This document shows positions 10,726 through 21,865 of a DNA stretch of 51,893 nucleotides, piece by piece. The stretch's first letter is position 1. Every line of letters starts with the position of its first letter. Source of the stretch: Girardia tigrina (lineage: Eukaryota); assembly GCA_001938485.1 (NCBI GenBank), contig MQRK01233713.1:1-51893 (forward strand), in the 5' to 3' direction. The notes below the pieces were generated by a model. It did no database searches, was not told the origin of the DNA, and saw nothing but the letters and a program-made list of their open reading frames with translations. A program made the position numbers and the translations under genes.

Positions 10726-12539
10726 GTAATTAATTATTTTTTATGACTTTTATATGAAGTTTAGTATAACTGTTTAAATTAAGAAAAAATCGAACAATTT
10801 TCTTATAATAAAACTAGAATTTCAAGTCGTACGTCTAAATATTTCTGGAAAATCGTTTTCAATACCAAATGTATCTCCTTAAAAGCATTAAGATAAAGGT
10901 TTTTGTCATTAAATTTTATATTTACTTAACTTATTACATTTCTTACTTTATAAATGGATATGTAGTATGCTGTTGTTACTAAAAAAGTTTGTATTCTAAT
11001 GTCATATAAAGACTACTCAGACAGAACAGTATTATTAAGAACATTAATATGATTTTCGACACTTATTATTATCCAAAGTTTAGTTTTCCTCAGGCAAATT
11101 AAATCAAAATTTACGTAACTTAGCATCATACATTTGATTATATTTTTATCCAACTATCTGAAAAACCTATAAAAATAGTTACAACAAATTTCATTTCTTA
11201 AAATTAAAATCAAAGTTATTTTAAAAACTAGTAAATCAAAAAATTAAATTTTTTATATCCATTTTTATGCATTCAGTACTTTACTTTGCCAACAAAGTAT
11301 TAATTAAAAAAATGATTTACAAAACACAAATATTCAAAAAAATTTATATATATAAAATCCCAGTTTCATCTGCGTAACTCTCAAAGTTTACTGTGATAAA
11401 ATTTTTTCCTTGCTTTTGCATGGATTAATTTTTTAATTATTTAATCAATGCATAATAACTCCGGTTAATATGAAATTACGAGCCACAAATAAGCAGCGTC
11501 TGCGGAACTGCAATATATATTAATAATATGATGGAACGATTGCAGACTTTTAAAATAGTATCTAACACATGCATATAACATATATAATAGTTTAGAATGA
11601 AAAAATATCCGAAAGAACTTTTGGTTTACCTTAATGATTTAAATGAATTATTCAAAAATGTGAGTGAAACTCAATTTCAAATGTTTTAGATATTTTAGAA
11701 TTTAAATATAAATATTTAAATATAAATAAATGAATCGATAAACGTGTGCAACATAATGTGCTCAATCGATTGAAACATTTGGGCACTTTGCAACGATCGA
11801 TTAGCGCTTTTTGCACTTTGCCATGGTGACAACACCCATTGCCATGGTTACCATTGCAAAGTTCCAATCGATAATACACATGTGCAATATCAATTAGCAT
11901 ATGTTCTGACCTCCGTGGGAGGTGTGGGGAGAAGATACATTTACCCCCTATTACGTTTGTGAAATCTCTGATCTCCATACTTCATTCTAAATTTTAAAGC
12001 ATCTCTGATTATTTGGAATTGTCTTTGCCTGACTTATAATAGTATTGTCTCGAAAAGAATATACAGACTTTGAACTTGGTTCTACAATCTTGGTTCTCTT
12101 GCATTACTGACTCACTTGCTATGTGCAATTGATTGAAAACAGTTCCATGAACTCCCCTTAATGAACTCCCGCTTAATTTTAAGTGTGTATGTGTGTTGTT
12201 GTTTTGCTCAATTATTTGCATAATTTGTCATTATTTGAGTGTCATTACTGGAAAAGATTTGGTTATTTATTGCTAAATATGGCTTATAATTGGAAATTTT
12301 TTTTGAAGGGGGGAAACGTTAAATTTTGGGGGGAATGTCCCCCCCCATACAGGGCTGGAAGAAATACTGCTTTGAACAAAGCTGATTCAACTGATTTTTC
12401 TCTATCTACATGGATTTCTTTCAGTGGTCCAAATGTCCATACTCATCTTTATAATAACAATCTTTGCACTGTTTTTTTATCTTAAATAGCAGCAGCATTC
12501 GGGCTAAACTTTCTACTGAACTGGTCTATTATAGCAGTA

Positions 12540-13560
12540 TATATCGATATCCATTTATGTTTCTTTTATATGGTCCAAAAAATCTATCTATATTTTCTAG
12601 AAAGGTTTATCCGCTAATTGAAGTATATGCTTTTTTTCGTATTGTTGACAATTTAGGCAACTTTGAAAAATTTATTTTATATGTTCTCTCATATTTTACT
12701 TATCGAAATCATCTCGAAGATAGTTATAAACCTTTTTGCTATCAACATAACACAACATTTCGTGTATTTCTTCAGTAAAATCTGTTAGTTTAGTTTTCGG
12801 GATCCATTATTTATTATCCTAAGTTGTTACGATATCATTTTTAGTGTCCATTTTCTTGCACTACCTGTTTTGATATCTTGAATTATCTGATTTATTTCAT
12901 TATTATCCTTCTGTCATTTGAAACCATCTTTCTCATCACTCAATGCCAATGTGCTCTTTTTAATCTTTCATTTCTTGGCATCTTCAAGTATTTTCTGATA
13001 CTGACTACACAACTGACATTAACTTCTTGACATCACAATGTGCAATAATATATTGCAAGTAATTATTTCCTTGTCAAACAATATCCAAGTTACTGTTTAT
13101 TTTATGTGATCGAAAGGTAATCACTTTTTCTCTTCAATACTTGACTTTCTGTGATAACACCGCTCTTATAGTATCTAGACTTGCATGTGTATAAAGTATA
13201 AAGTATTTGATAAAATCAGGATATGCTAAAATCGGGGCTTCATCCCATTCTTCAGTCGAAATCAATTTCTTGTCCTTATTCCTACCGCATAAACCTTCCT
13301 AAACCTTTACATACCTTGCGTTATTCTTTATAAATTTCCTCTAGTAGCTTGTTAATCCCAAAAACATCCTTAAATGTTTAATGCATGAAGGGATTTTGAA
13401 ACTTGATAGTTTCGCGTTTTTCAATACCATCTTTATTTGTGATATATCCTAAAAAGTTAGTCTTTTCTGCTAGGAAGTTATATTTTTCTGGATTTATTCT
13501 CAAACCTGATTCTTTAATTTTCTTAAATACGTTATTTGAAAATGCTCTTTCTTGTATTTT
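12540..13560 (-). mobile_element. Highly decayed Gypsy pol fragment
   Basis: Minus strand KIKESGLRINPEKYNF...FLGYIT, HLRMFLGLTSY and THASLDTIRAVLSQ match RT-connection/RNase H motifs of the other Gypsy copies. Confidence 0.75.
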
Positions 13561-14027
13561 ACAAAAATCAAAACATCACCCAATAACAACTGCTTCCCTC
13601 AAATCAAATCTTCGAAATACTTCACCATTAACTCCTGAAAAGTCACTGGAGCTCCTGCATTTCCAACATGCATTCATTGGAAACAATTTAAAGTTTAAAA
13701 AACGCCGTTTTAAAATCTATGCTGCAATTTTAAAAATTATTGGAAAGAGATTCGTGTGAGGAATTAATAATTAACTGTTAATCCAGCAATTAATGTCCAA
13801 TCAAGTGACTCATTAACTTTGTTGAAAGTGTTTACGTAAAACAGCAATTGCATAATTAATTACTCGATCATCAATTTAACATATATAAGCTTAACATCTA
13901 GGATTAGAAATGACTAATGATGACGGTATTCTGTCAAAATATATTGCATTAAAGAACTTGCCGTTATTTTTTAAAAATTTATTTGTAATTTAACGTTTGT
14001 AATTCATTATATATTCTGTTAATTCAG

Positions 14028-14147
14028 CTTAGGGAAACTGACTCTAAAATGAGACAGAACGAAAAACCTTCGCATCAAAATGTCTATGGTGAAAGGATTA
14101 ATGAACTAGAGGAAAACACCGATATATCAGGTCCAATGTCCACCAAC
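14028..14147 (+). CDS. Host gene exon C (120 nt): LRETDSKMRQNEKPSHQNVYGERINELEENTDISGPMSTN
   Basis: ttcag|CTT...AAC|gtaatg; open frame; GC-richer island in AT-rich flanks. Confidence 0.7.
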
Positions 14148-15343
14148 GTAATGAAATTTATTCATTAAATTTTTTTTATATTTTACATATATATTTTATA
14201 TGTGTATGTATATATAATATACATAAAAATAATTTAAATTACGTCTAATTAGAGATATCGATTTTTGAAAAATTCAAAATTTAGTAAGAAAAATGATTTA
14301 AAACGGGGGCACGACATTGAAGTCTCGAAATTAAGTCTCGGAAAATTAAGTCTTCGAAATTAAAATTTTAAAAAATGAAAAACTGCAGTAAAGTTTATAA
14401 AAATGAAAAATTCAAGTAAAATTTAGAAAAAAATAAAAAATTCAAGTCAAAGTTAGAAAAAAGGAAAAAAGAAAAAGCAATATTAAAAGTCTTAAAAGCG
14501 ATAAATAAAAACACCAGAAGGATAACTTAAATATTTCATGATATGAAGGAAAAGATTAGAAGGATATAAGTAAATGAATTGCTCCATTGTTAATTTTATC
14601 CATAAGATAGAGAGATGAAATAGGAAACATTCATACAATTATTACATGTTATTATTTAAAGTTGTTAAATTCATAAAACATCATTAAATGTTTGATTAAT
14701 TAAAAGACTAAAAAGCATATATCCAATTTTAAATCTGCCTTCTTCATCAGATGATAGGTACTTGTCCTCATCGTCAAGTTGCTCAATTCTATGTACATAT
14801 GACGTCAGCAACTCATCGATATATCAACTCATTTCACATCAACTAGTTCATTAGAAGTGTATTAAATGAATACAGAAAAAAATGAAAAATCTAATAAATT
14901 TATTAGATCTAAGATTGTTTGTTTATATTTGTGAGGAATGTTTTGAATTGTTTGTTGATATTGTGCATGTTGTATGTTGATTCGGATTGTGTCTCCTATC
15001 CAGATGGATGATTGGTATTTTCTTTGATTCCTACTATTTAAAAATAATTTAATTTATTTTAAAGTAAAAAGATTTAAAATAATTTTTGAATGTAATTTTT
15101 AATGTAATTTAAAATTTTAATATATTAATTTAACATGTACTGCTTTAAAAACGTTTAGATTTAATTTTAACCAATTAGAATCTTTATAATTAATTATTTT
15201 TAATAAATGTTTTTCATTTATTGAAAAAAATAGTATGAATTTAAAAATATATTAATCAAGACAAATGTCAAATAGTAAAAGCGCTTGTGATGTTATTAAC
15301 ATCATGTTAATAAATGTTTAAAACATTTGTTGATATTGTTAAT

Positions 15344-15960
15344 ATGGCGACAACAGCTCCTGTGACAACGAACATTATGGGACACGAAAAATTCGATGGA
15401 TCCGAGTCGAAATTAGATGATTTCATAAAAAAATTTCGAACGTTCTGCTGATATTATGGGTGTAAAGTGATAACTTTACTTAATCAATAAATTATTTTAA
15501 TTCCATTTTGTTGAATTAAAAATAATAATTTTTAATTTAATTTTTGTTAAATTAAAAATAATGATTTTTTTATCGATTTTTTAAATCGATAGATTTAGTT
15601 ATTAATAAACTTTTCAAATAACTGATCTTATCTTTTATTTATTTAAATTATTCAATATTTAAATAATGCAAATCAATGGGTATAACAGAAGATAGAAGAT
15701 TAGTGATAATGACGATCTTCTTGACTCCATCAGCAACCAAAAATTTTTCAGAAACACATAGAAATACGTATAAGATAAACTGAAAACGGCATTTGTGAAA
15801 GAAAAATCTCTGCTTGACACAATAAAGGATATTTTAAATCTCCGGTGGGGATCTTCAGATGCCGAAGAAACGTTCAAAAAAGCCAATGAATTAGTCACGA
15901 TATTAACAGAAAGTAAACTTTCTAAGAAAAATTTGCTCAACATTGTTTGCATGAATAAGG
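15344..15960 (+). mobile_element. Probable LTR-retrotransposon gag remnant
   Basis: MATTAPVTTNIMGHEKFDGSESKLDDFIKKFRTFC* resembles a gag N-terminus (KFDG..F..F); continues after an AT-rich stretch with stops. Confidence 0.4.
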
Positions 15961-16613
15961 TTGACGATTATGAGGTTATATTTTATTCAGGAGTGTTTTC
16001 GTGATTATGTGATTTCAAAGGTGTTAAAGTAATCTCCACATCACGGGAGCGTGTGGTCTACGAGAATTTATCTGTATTTAATCTGAATATATATGCAGTG
16101 GTTTGAATTAACTGTGTGGTGCGGTTACTATAAAAACTTTGTTTTCACGTTAATCTCAATTCTTTACAACACATGTTCAGTAGTAATTCCCAAACATTAA
16201 ACGGAAGTGTTGCAAAGTCCATAATGTTAAATTGATTTTTTATTCCACTTTTCTTTTTTTCCTGTTTACACTTTATTAATTGTTCATTTTTAATTAAGTG
16301 TCAATTCAATTTTGTAAAATTATCATGTGAAATGTGAATTTTAAGAGGTTGGCAAATATATTCATTAGAGGCCAAGAAGGTTATAAATGCATGAATTATT
16401 ATATTATATTTTTCTTTGTTTTATGTTTCATTATGAAAAAATATGCCTTAATTTGTGGACAGCTTCCATTCTTCAAACCATAAACATGTACACCTCATTC
16501 AATTTAGAAGTAAATTGAAATTCTTCAAACATTCTTCTAAATTTAACTCCTACATTGGGAATCAAATTTTGCGTTATAGGAGGGTCCTTTGTGGGACTCA
16601 AGGTTGTAAAATC

Positions 16614-16661
<48 letters not shown>
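16614..16661. repeat. (TA)n microsatellite
   Basis: Visible TA run. Confidence 0.9.
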
Positions 16662-16665
<4 letters not shown>

Positions 16666-17354
16666 TGTTTCTTAAACTTTTAAAATTTAAGTTCCACCTG
16701 AAGAATAATTTAAAAAAATCACAATGACATTTAGAGGTATGAAGTCAAAAAAGCATTATAAAGTTAGAATAAACATAATGAAGTCTATAAATATATTTTA
16801 TAATTTTTTGTACATGAAATTCTTGTAGATTTAAAAATACCTTTATAGATCACGAGCTTGATATACATATTTAGCGATTTGTGAATGTTAGAGCTAATGT
16901 TTGATAACCATACCCTAATTTCTTCATCAATTTATGTAAATGTTCTTTTCATTTTGGGGGTACCGTTGTGAAAAACGCGTTTTCACATCTTTTATACGAT
17001 ACTATATTTATTAAGTTTCAAATGTCTCGAAAATTAAACATTTTATGACATCTGGTACGACCCAATCTCTCTGAAAAGGCTTCTCCATGATTTACAGGAA
17101 AATATTTAAAAATCTGATTTAAACATTACATAAACATTATTAAAATAATTAATTTTACCATATCAGTATATCAAAAATTAAATTTTGTGCCGTGTATAAC
17201 CCGCAACCATAAATCTTTCAAAATGTCGTCTTTTTCGACCGTATTACACGCGGGTTATCCACAGTAAAGTAGGGTAATAATTCTTATTTGATTCCTATGT
17301 AATGTTTAAATACGTAAGAGTTTTTTGTAGTTTTTATTGATATATTTCTTTCAG

Positions 17355-17435
17355 AAAATGATGCTTCTTCAGGATGACTTGGACATGGACGAATCTTCTG
17401 TAACCAATACATATTCCGAGAGTCTATTGGAAAAT
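17355..17435 (+). CDS. Host gene exon D (81 nt): KMMLLQDDLDMDESSVTNTYSESLLEN
   Basis: tttctttcag|AAA...AAT|gtaatc; open frame. Confidence 0.7.
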
Positions 17436-17709
17436 GTAATCCTCATATTAATTTTTTTAATTAAAATATGAATACCTGAAACTATAAATAATGTATAAAA
17501 AATAATGGCTTTTTATTTTATTTGATCTCATTAATGTTTTTAACTAAAAATTTATTTCTAAAGTATTTTTTGGTGAATTGTAAAAGTTCAAACCAATAAA
17601 ATATTATTTTATACAATTATTAAATAAATTAATTAAAACTCTATAAACTTCAAACAAGATGAAAATTTCTTCTTAAAAACAAAATTCATCTATTAAAAGT
17701 ATAATTATA

Positions 17710-17750
17710 GACAATATATATTTCGACAAATCAACTGTTATCATCAGGTC
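17710..17750 (-). ncRNA. Minimal type I hammerhead ribozyme motif in Penelope pLTR
   Basis: Minus strand gac-CTGATGA-taacagttgatttgtc-GAAA-tatatatt-gtc: intact core, imperfect stem II, palindromic stem III, gac/gtc stem I. Confidence 0.6.
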
Positions 17751-17781
17751 ACTGATTAATAATTTAATTCACCTATATATA

Positions 17782-19038
17782 CATGGCTTCCTGTTTAATT
17801 TGAAAAATATCTCAATGATTTTGCAATAAAATAAAAAATTAAAAAAATAATAATTAAATTTATTTTATGATCAATATATTGTTTTTCATTGAAAAATTTA
17901 TATGTAATTTTCAATTTTCAATTGTAAAATTCAAAACAACTTAAAATGATAAGTGGATTAAGCAATGATGTTAGAGCTAGAATAATCAGATCTTATGAAA
18001 ATGGCAAGAGCTCTCCAGAAATTGCTGAAATGTTTGAATATCATAGAACAACCATCAACCGAGTTATAAAGGCATTTACAAAAGAAGGAAGATATTAGTC
18101 TAAAAAAGCGTGGCAGATATAAACCAAATGCATTCTCTGAGGTGCATTTAAATTCCATAATAGATTTCATTGCTAAAGATTGTTCCATAACACTCAATTC
18201 GATCAAAGAAAAAATTTGCATATTTATCAAGTGGATGTAAACAGATCGAAAAAAATTATGAAATCACCATTGAAATTAGATTTCAATACGTAAGGGAGCT
18301 TTTAAATATCACTTCATAAAAGGATGACAAAATTTATTTTTATAAAGTGGTTTCTTGTGTGAGTATGAGTAACAAAAAAGGACGAGCTCCTGTGGGACAT
18401 CGTGTCAAATTTTGTTCCGAATTTGAGAATCAAGAATGTTTCCGTTTGCTCAGTCATGTCGAAATCGGGCACGTTTTTTTATAAGAAAGAGTCTCGAGCA
18501 TTTAATATGGAAAGGTTTTGTTCGTTTATAGATGAATTGTTAGTTAGATTTGCCGAAAATGGAATAAGAGGCGCAGTATATGTCATGGATAATGTTTCTT
18601 TTCATCATAGTCCCATTGTTCAAGACAAAGTAACATTATCTGGACATGTGATTAAGTTTTTGCTACTATATTCGCCATTTTTAAATCCAATTGAGCATCT
18701 TTTTTCTCAGTGGAAGCAAATGGTTAAAAGTTCAAGACCAGTAAATGAAGAAGAATTAACCACTTTTATTAATTCTGCATTTTTAAGAATTTCAAGAGAA
18801 AACTGTACAGCATATTACAGGAAGATGTTAGGTTTGTTAATTCGATGTTTTAAAAAAGAAGAAATTGTTGATGAATAAAAATTTTTATTGCAAAAAAACA
18901 TTGTTAAAAATTAATAATTCGACATTTATAATCATTTGTAGAGAAAAAATAATTTTAGTTTTAAAATTTCCTGTGTAAAATTTTTATAATTTTTTATTTT
19001 TTTGCAAAATCATTTTGCAAATTAAACGGAAAACCCTC
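17782..19038 (+). mobile_element. IS630/Tc1-like (DDE_3) DNA transposon, disrupted
   Basis: TA-flanked imperfect TIRs catggcttcctgtttaatttg / caaattaaacggaaaaccctc. ORF 18402..18878 has VMDNVSFH and LLYSPFLNPIEHLFSQWK. Excision rejoins the Penelope pLTR. Confidence 0.9.
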
Positions 19039-19494
19039 TAAATACAAAAATAGTGATTATGTAATTGATTGCGTGAAATCATGATCTCATAAAATTAGTA
19101 ATAATTTTATTTCAATAAGCTGGTTGAGATTACCAATCGAACATTGATTTTAGGACAACGCGACCTTATTAACAATGCTTCACACGACACTCTCTCCCAA
19201 TAACTATCAGTGTGTTTACACAGAAATTGGAAATGGAAATTATCAATATTAATATCATATTTCCTTTTTTATGTTCTGCTATATTGCTCTTACTCTCTTT
19301 TCGATCATGTTCTTGAATTTGTTTACAGAGATGACTAGCAGTCTCTCCAATGAACAATATCAGAACAAAGTGTTAAAGATGTAATATAATTATTATTGAA
19401 CATATTATGAATTTTATGAGATCGTGATTTCATATTATCTTTTACATAAGCATTATTTTTGCATTTATATACAAGTGAATTAAATTATTAATCA

Positions 19495-19535
19495 GTAACG
19501 TGAAGATGGCGGTTGATCGTCGAAATATATTGACA
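19495..19535 (+). ncRNA. Degenerate hammerhead motif in the inverted pLTR copy
   Basis: GTGAAGA-tggcggttgatcgtc-GAAA-tatat; first core C changed to G. Confidence 0.45.
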
Positions 19536-21120
19536 TTAAATATATTTTAAATAGATTAATTTGGTTTATGAAAAATCAATAAATTCAAAAAATTGAGACC
19601 TAGAGCGCTGTGACTTTTGTTTGCTTTAAAGAATATGAAAGATCGTAATCTAATGGATCTTTCTAAAACCTTCATAACAAGGTATCAATTTTTGACGTAT
19701 ACTGTGAAATGACGGAGAAAAACGCCGTGGTACATTTAGACACCGCCATTAGTCAAAAGGTTAAATTCATAATGCGTTTTTATTTTTTTCAGTTTTGTAA
19801 ATATCCTTTTGAATCTCAATTGTTTTCAAATCGAAAAATTCAGATGATCCTAATGATGCAACTGAAAATTTCAGCATTTTAGTCATTGATTTCAAGATAT
19901 AGTAAAAATGTCTTAAAGAAAACTGAAATCAGATTTCAAACATTTATTAGTTAATAACTCTTTTATTACATTTTGTTTATTTATTGACTAAATTTTGCGA
20001 TCTTCTCCAAAATTCCTATGCTATTGAATATTTTTATGGAGCTTCACCGCAAAAGACCTCCTGGTATTCTTATATTTCCTTATATATATTGTTGGGTCAC
20101 CCAACTTCGGAGTGTGACTGTATCACCCGAACAACAATCGGAAATAACTTGAGAATTATGTTTTAACAAAATATTCAAAAATCACCGTAACTTTTTTTAA
20201 CAATCTTTTTTCTTTTAAATTATTTAGTCAATGCATCAACATTATTTTATTTAAACAAAGATTTTTTTCGTGTTCATATTTGTAATTAATTTAATTCTTT
20301 TCAGTCCAATTTATTTAAATTCTCACACGTCGATTACATCGATGAGGTACACAATTAGAAATGTTGAAATTGTCTTATTTTTTTTATATTTTGAGGCTCA
20401 CAATAAAAGTCTTGGATTAATTAGGCAAAAGTGGCTGGTTAGACCACTACATATATCCTTAAAATATCCTTATTTTTTAACTTTCTTTAAAAGAAGAATG
20501 GGGATTGCAGCGCGAAGCTCGAACTCATCATACATATTAAAAAAACCTGGGTTATTTAACCAATATAAAGTCATCCTTTTAAACATTGTATTCCATAAAT
20601 ACATCAATTCGATTTATGTATGAGTTTAAGGATTCCTTAGCCATACCGAAATAACCATGTACTGATTGTGTCCTCTTCATACCTATGTTACGATTTGTTT
20701 CTTTTTCGATTTTGAAGTTTAGAAACGTTAAGACCTTGAAACCTAAGTAGAACCCTTTATAGCAAATGGTAAAAAGAATATCGCGTTGTGAAAGCATTTT
20801 GTATTTTATAAATAAAAAAAGTAAATAAAATAAAATTAGATTTATTTTCTAATAAAAAATAAAAATATGAACATTTTCATCTTCTTTGAATAACAATCTT
20901 CTTTATTATTTATCAAAGCAATATACAATAAATTCTCTAACAAATGTTTCCGAAATCTGATTCAGTTTTTATTATAAGATATAAATTTGTTTAATATTTT
21001 GAAAAGAATAGAACATAGCGAAAGAGTTCTCACAATAGAGAACAGAAATAATTTTTGATGAGAATTTATTGTATATGCATAGATATGGACTTATCTATAT
21101 TTATGTTTATACATATTTAG

Positions 21121-21240
21121 ATAGTTTATCAACATATAAATGTTCAAAATTCTGAAACAGATTTCACTCGCAAACCCAGTCCTCCAAAACCGAATCCGAT
21201 AACTTTAACAAAAAGATTAAGTAATAGTCGAATGCAAAGA
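21121..21240 (+). CDS. Host gene exon E (120 nt): IVYQHINVQNSETDFTRKPSPPKPNPITLTKRLSNSRMQR
   Basis: atttag|ATA...AGA|gtaagt (consensus donor); open frame. Confidence 0.7.
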
Positions 21241-21357
21241 GTAAGTAACATATTATTTATGTGAAATAGAAAAGAACTATTCAAGTAGGCTGTTGTTTGA
21301 ATATATCAAAATAAAATTCATTTTACTATTCATTTTTAAATTTCATTTTTCACGAAT

Positions 21358-21865
21358 ATGTCGTCAGCAACAGGAAGTCGCGAATTAATTACTCGTTTAT
21401 TTCATGAAAATCCACAATCGAGTCAGAAAACAATTGCCAGAAAGGCAAAGGTTTGTCAGAAAACAGTTTCTAACGTTATTAAAAACTTCAATGAGAACTT
21501 GGACGTTTTTAAAAAAATTGGTTCGGAAAGAAGAAAGGATTTTTCGTGTACTCATAATGTGAAGAAAGTAAAGGCTCTGTTAAAGAGAAATCCTCGTATA
21601 TGAAATCGAAAACTTACAATAAAGGCAAATTGTAACGATAAAACCGTTCGGAAAATTAAATATACTGTGGGTTTCAAAACGTATAAAGTTAAATATTACC
21701 AGACCGGAACGCTAACAAGAATGTAAAGGCGCAGCAGAGAGCCAAAAAGTTGAAATCTGGTTTTCTTGCGAAGAATAAATGTTTCATTATGAATTATGAG
21801 ACATATGTACTCTGCAAGTTTTCCCAGCTGCCCGGACAAGAATTTTACTCTACAACTATATTTGG
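21358..21865 (+). mobile_element. Tc1-like transposase 5' half, interrupted by a LINE
   Basis: HTH-like SQKTIARKAKVCQKTVSNVIK and YETYVLCKFSQLPGQEFY; appears to resume briefly as GGVTNEQKSIKV at ~25214. Confidence 0.7.

Larger units (their letters stand above)
17660..19580 (-). mobile_element. 5'-truncated Penelope-like element (GIY-YIG C-terminus plus pLTR) with an inverted pLTR copy, split by a Tc1/IS630 insertion
   Basis: ORF 19169..19357 (FIGETASHLCKQIQEH) is a PLE GIY-YIG motif. 17660-17781 joined to 19041-19110 is the reverse complement of 19395-19580. Confidence 0.8.

Noticed and set aside
11591-11659. Possible 69-nt phase-0 exon FRMKKYPKELLVYLNDLNELFKN with gtgagt donor
   Set aside because: Poor pyrimidine tract, a competing out-of-frame AG 5 nt inside, and a composition unlike the other exons; left uncalled pending RNA-seq.
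19984-20797. Short ORFs, possibly a decayed transposase
   Set aside because: No identifiable motif or termini.
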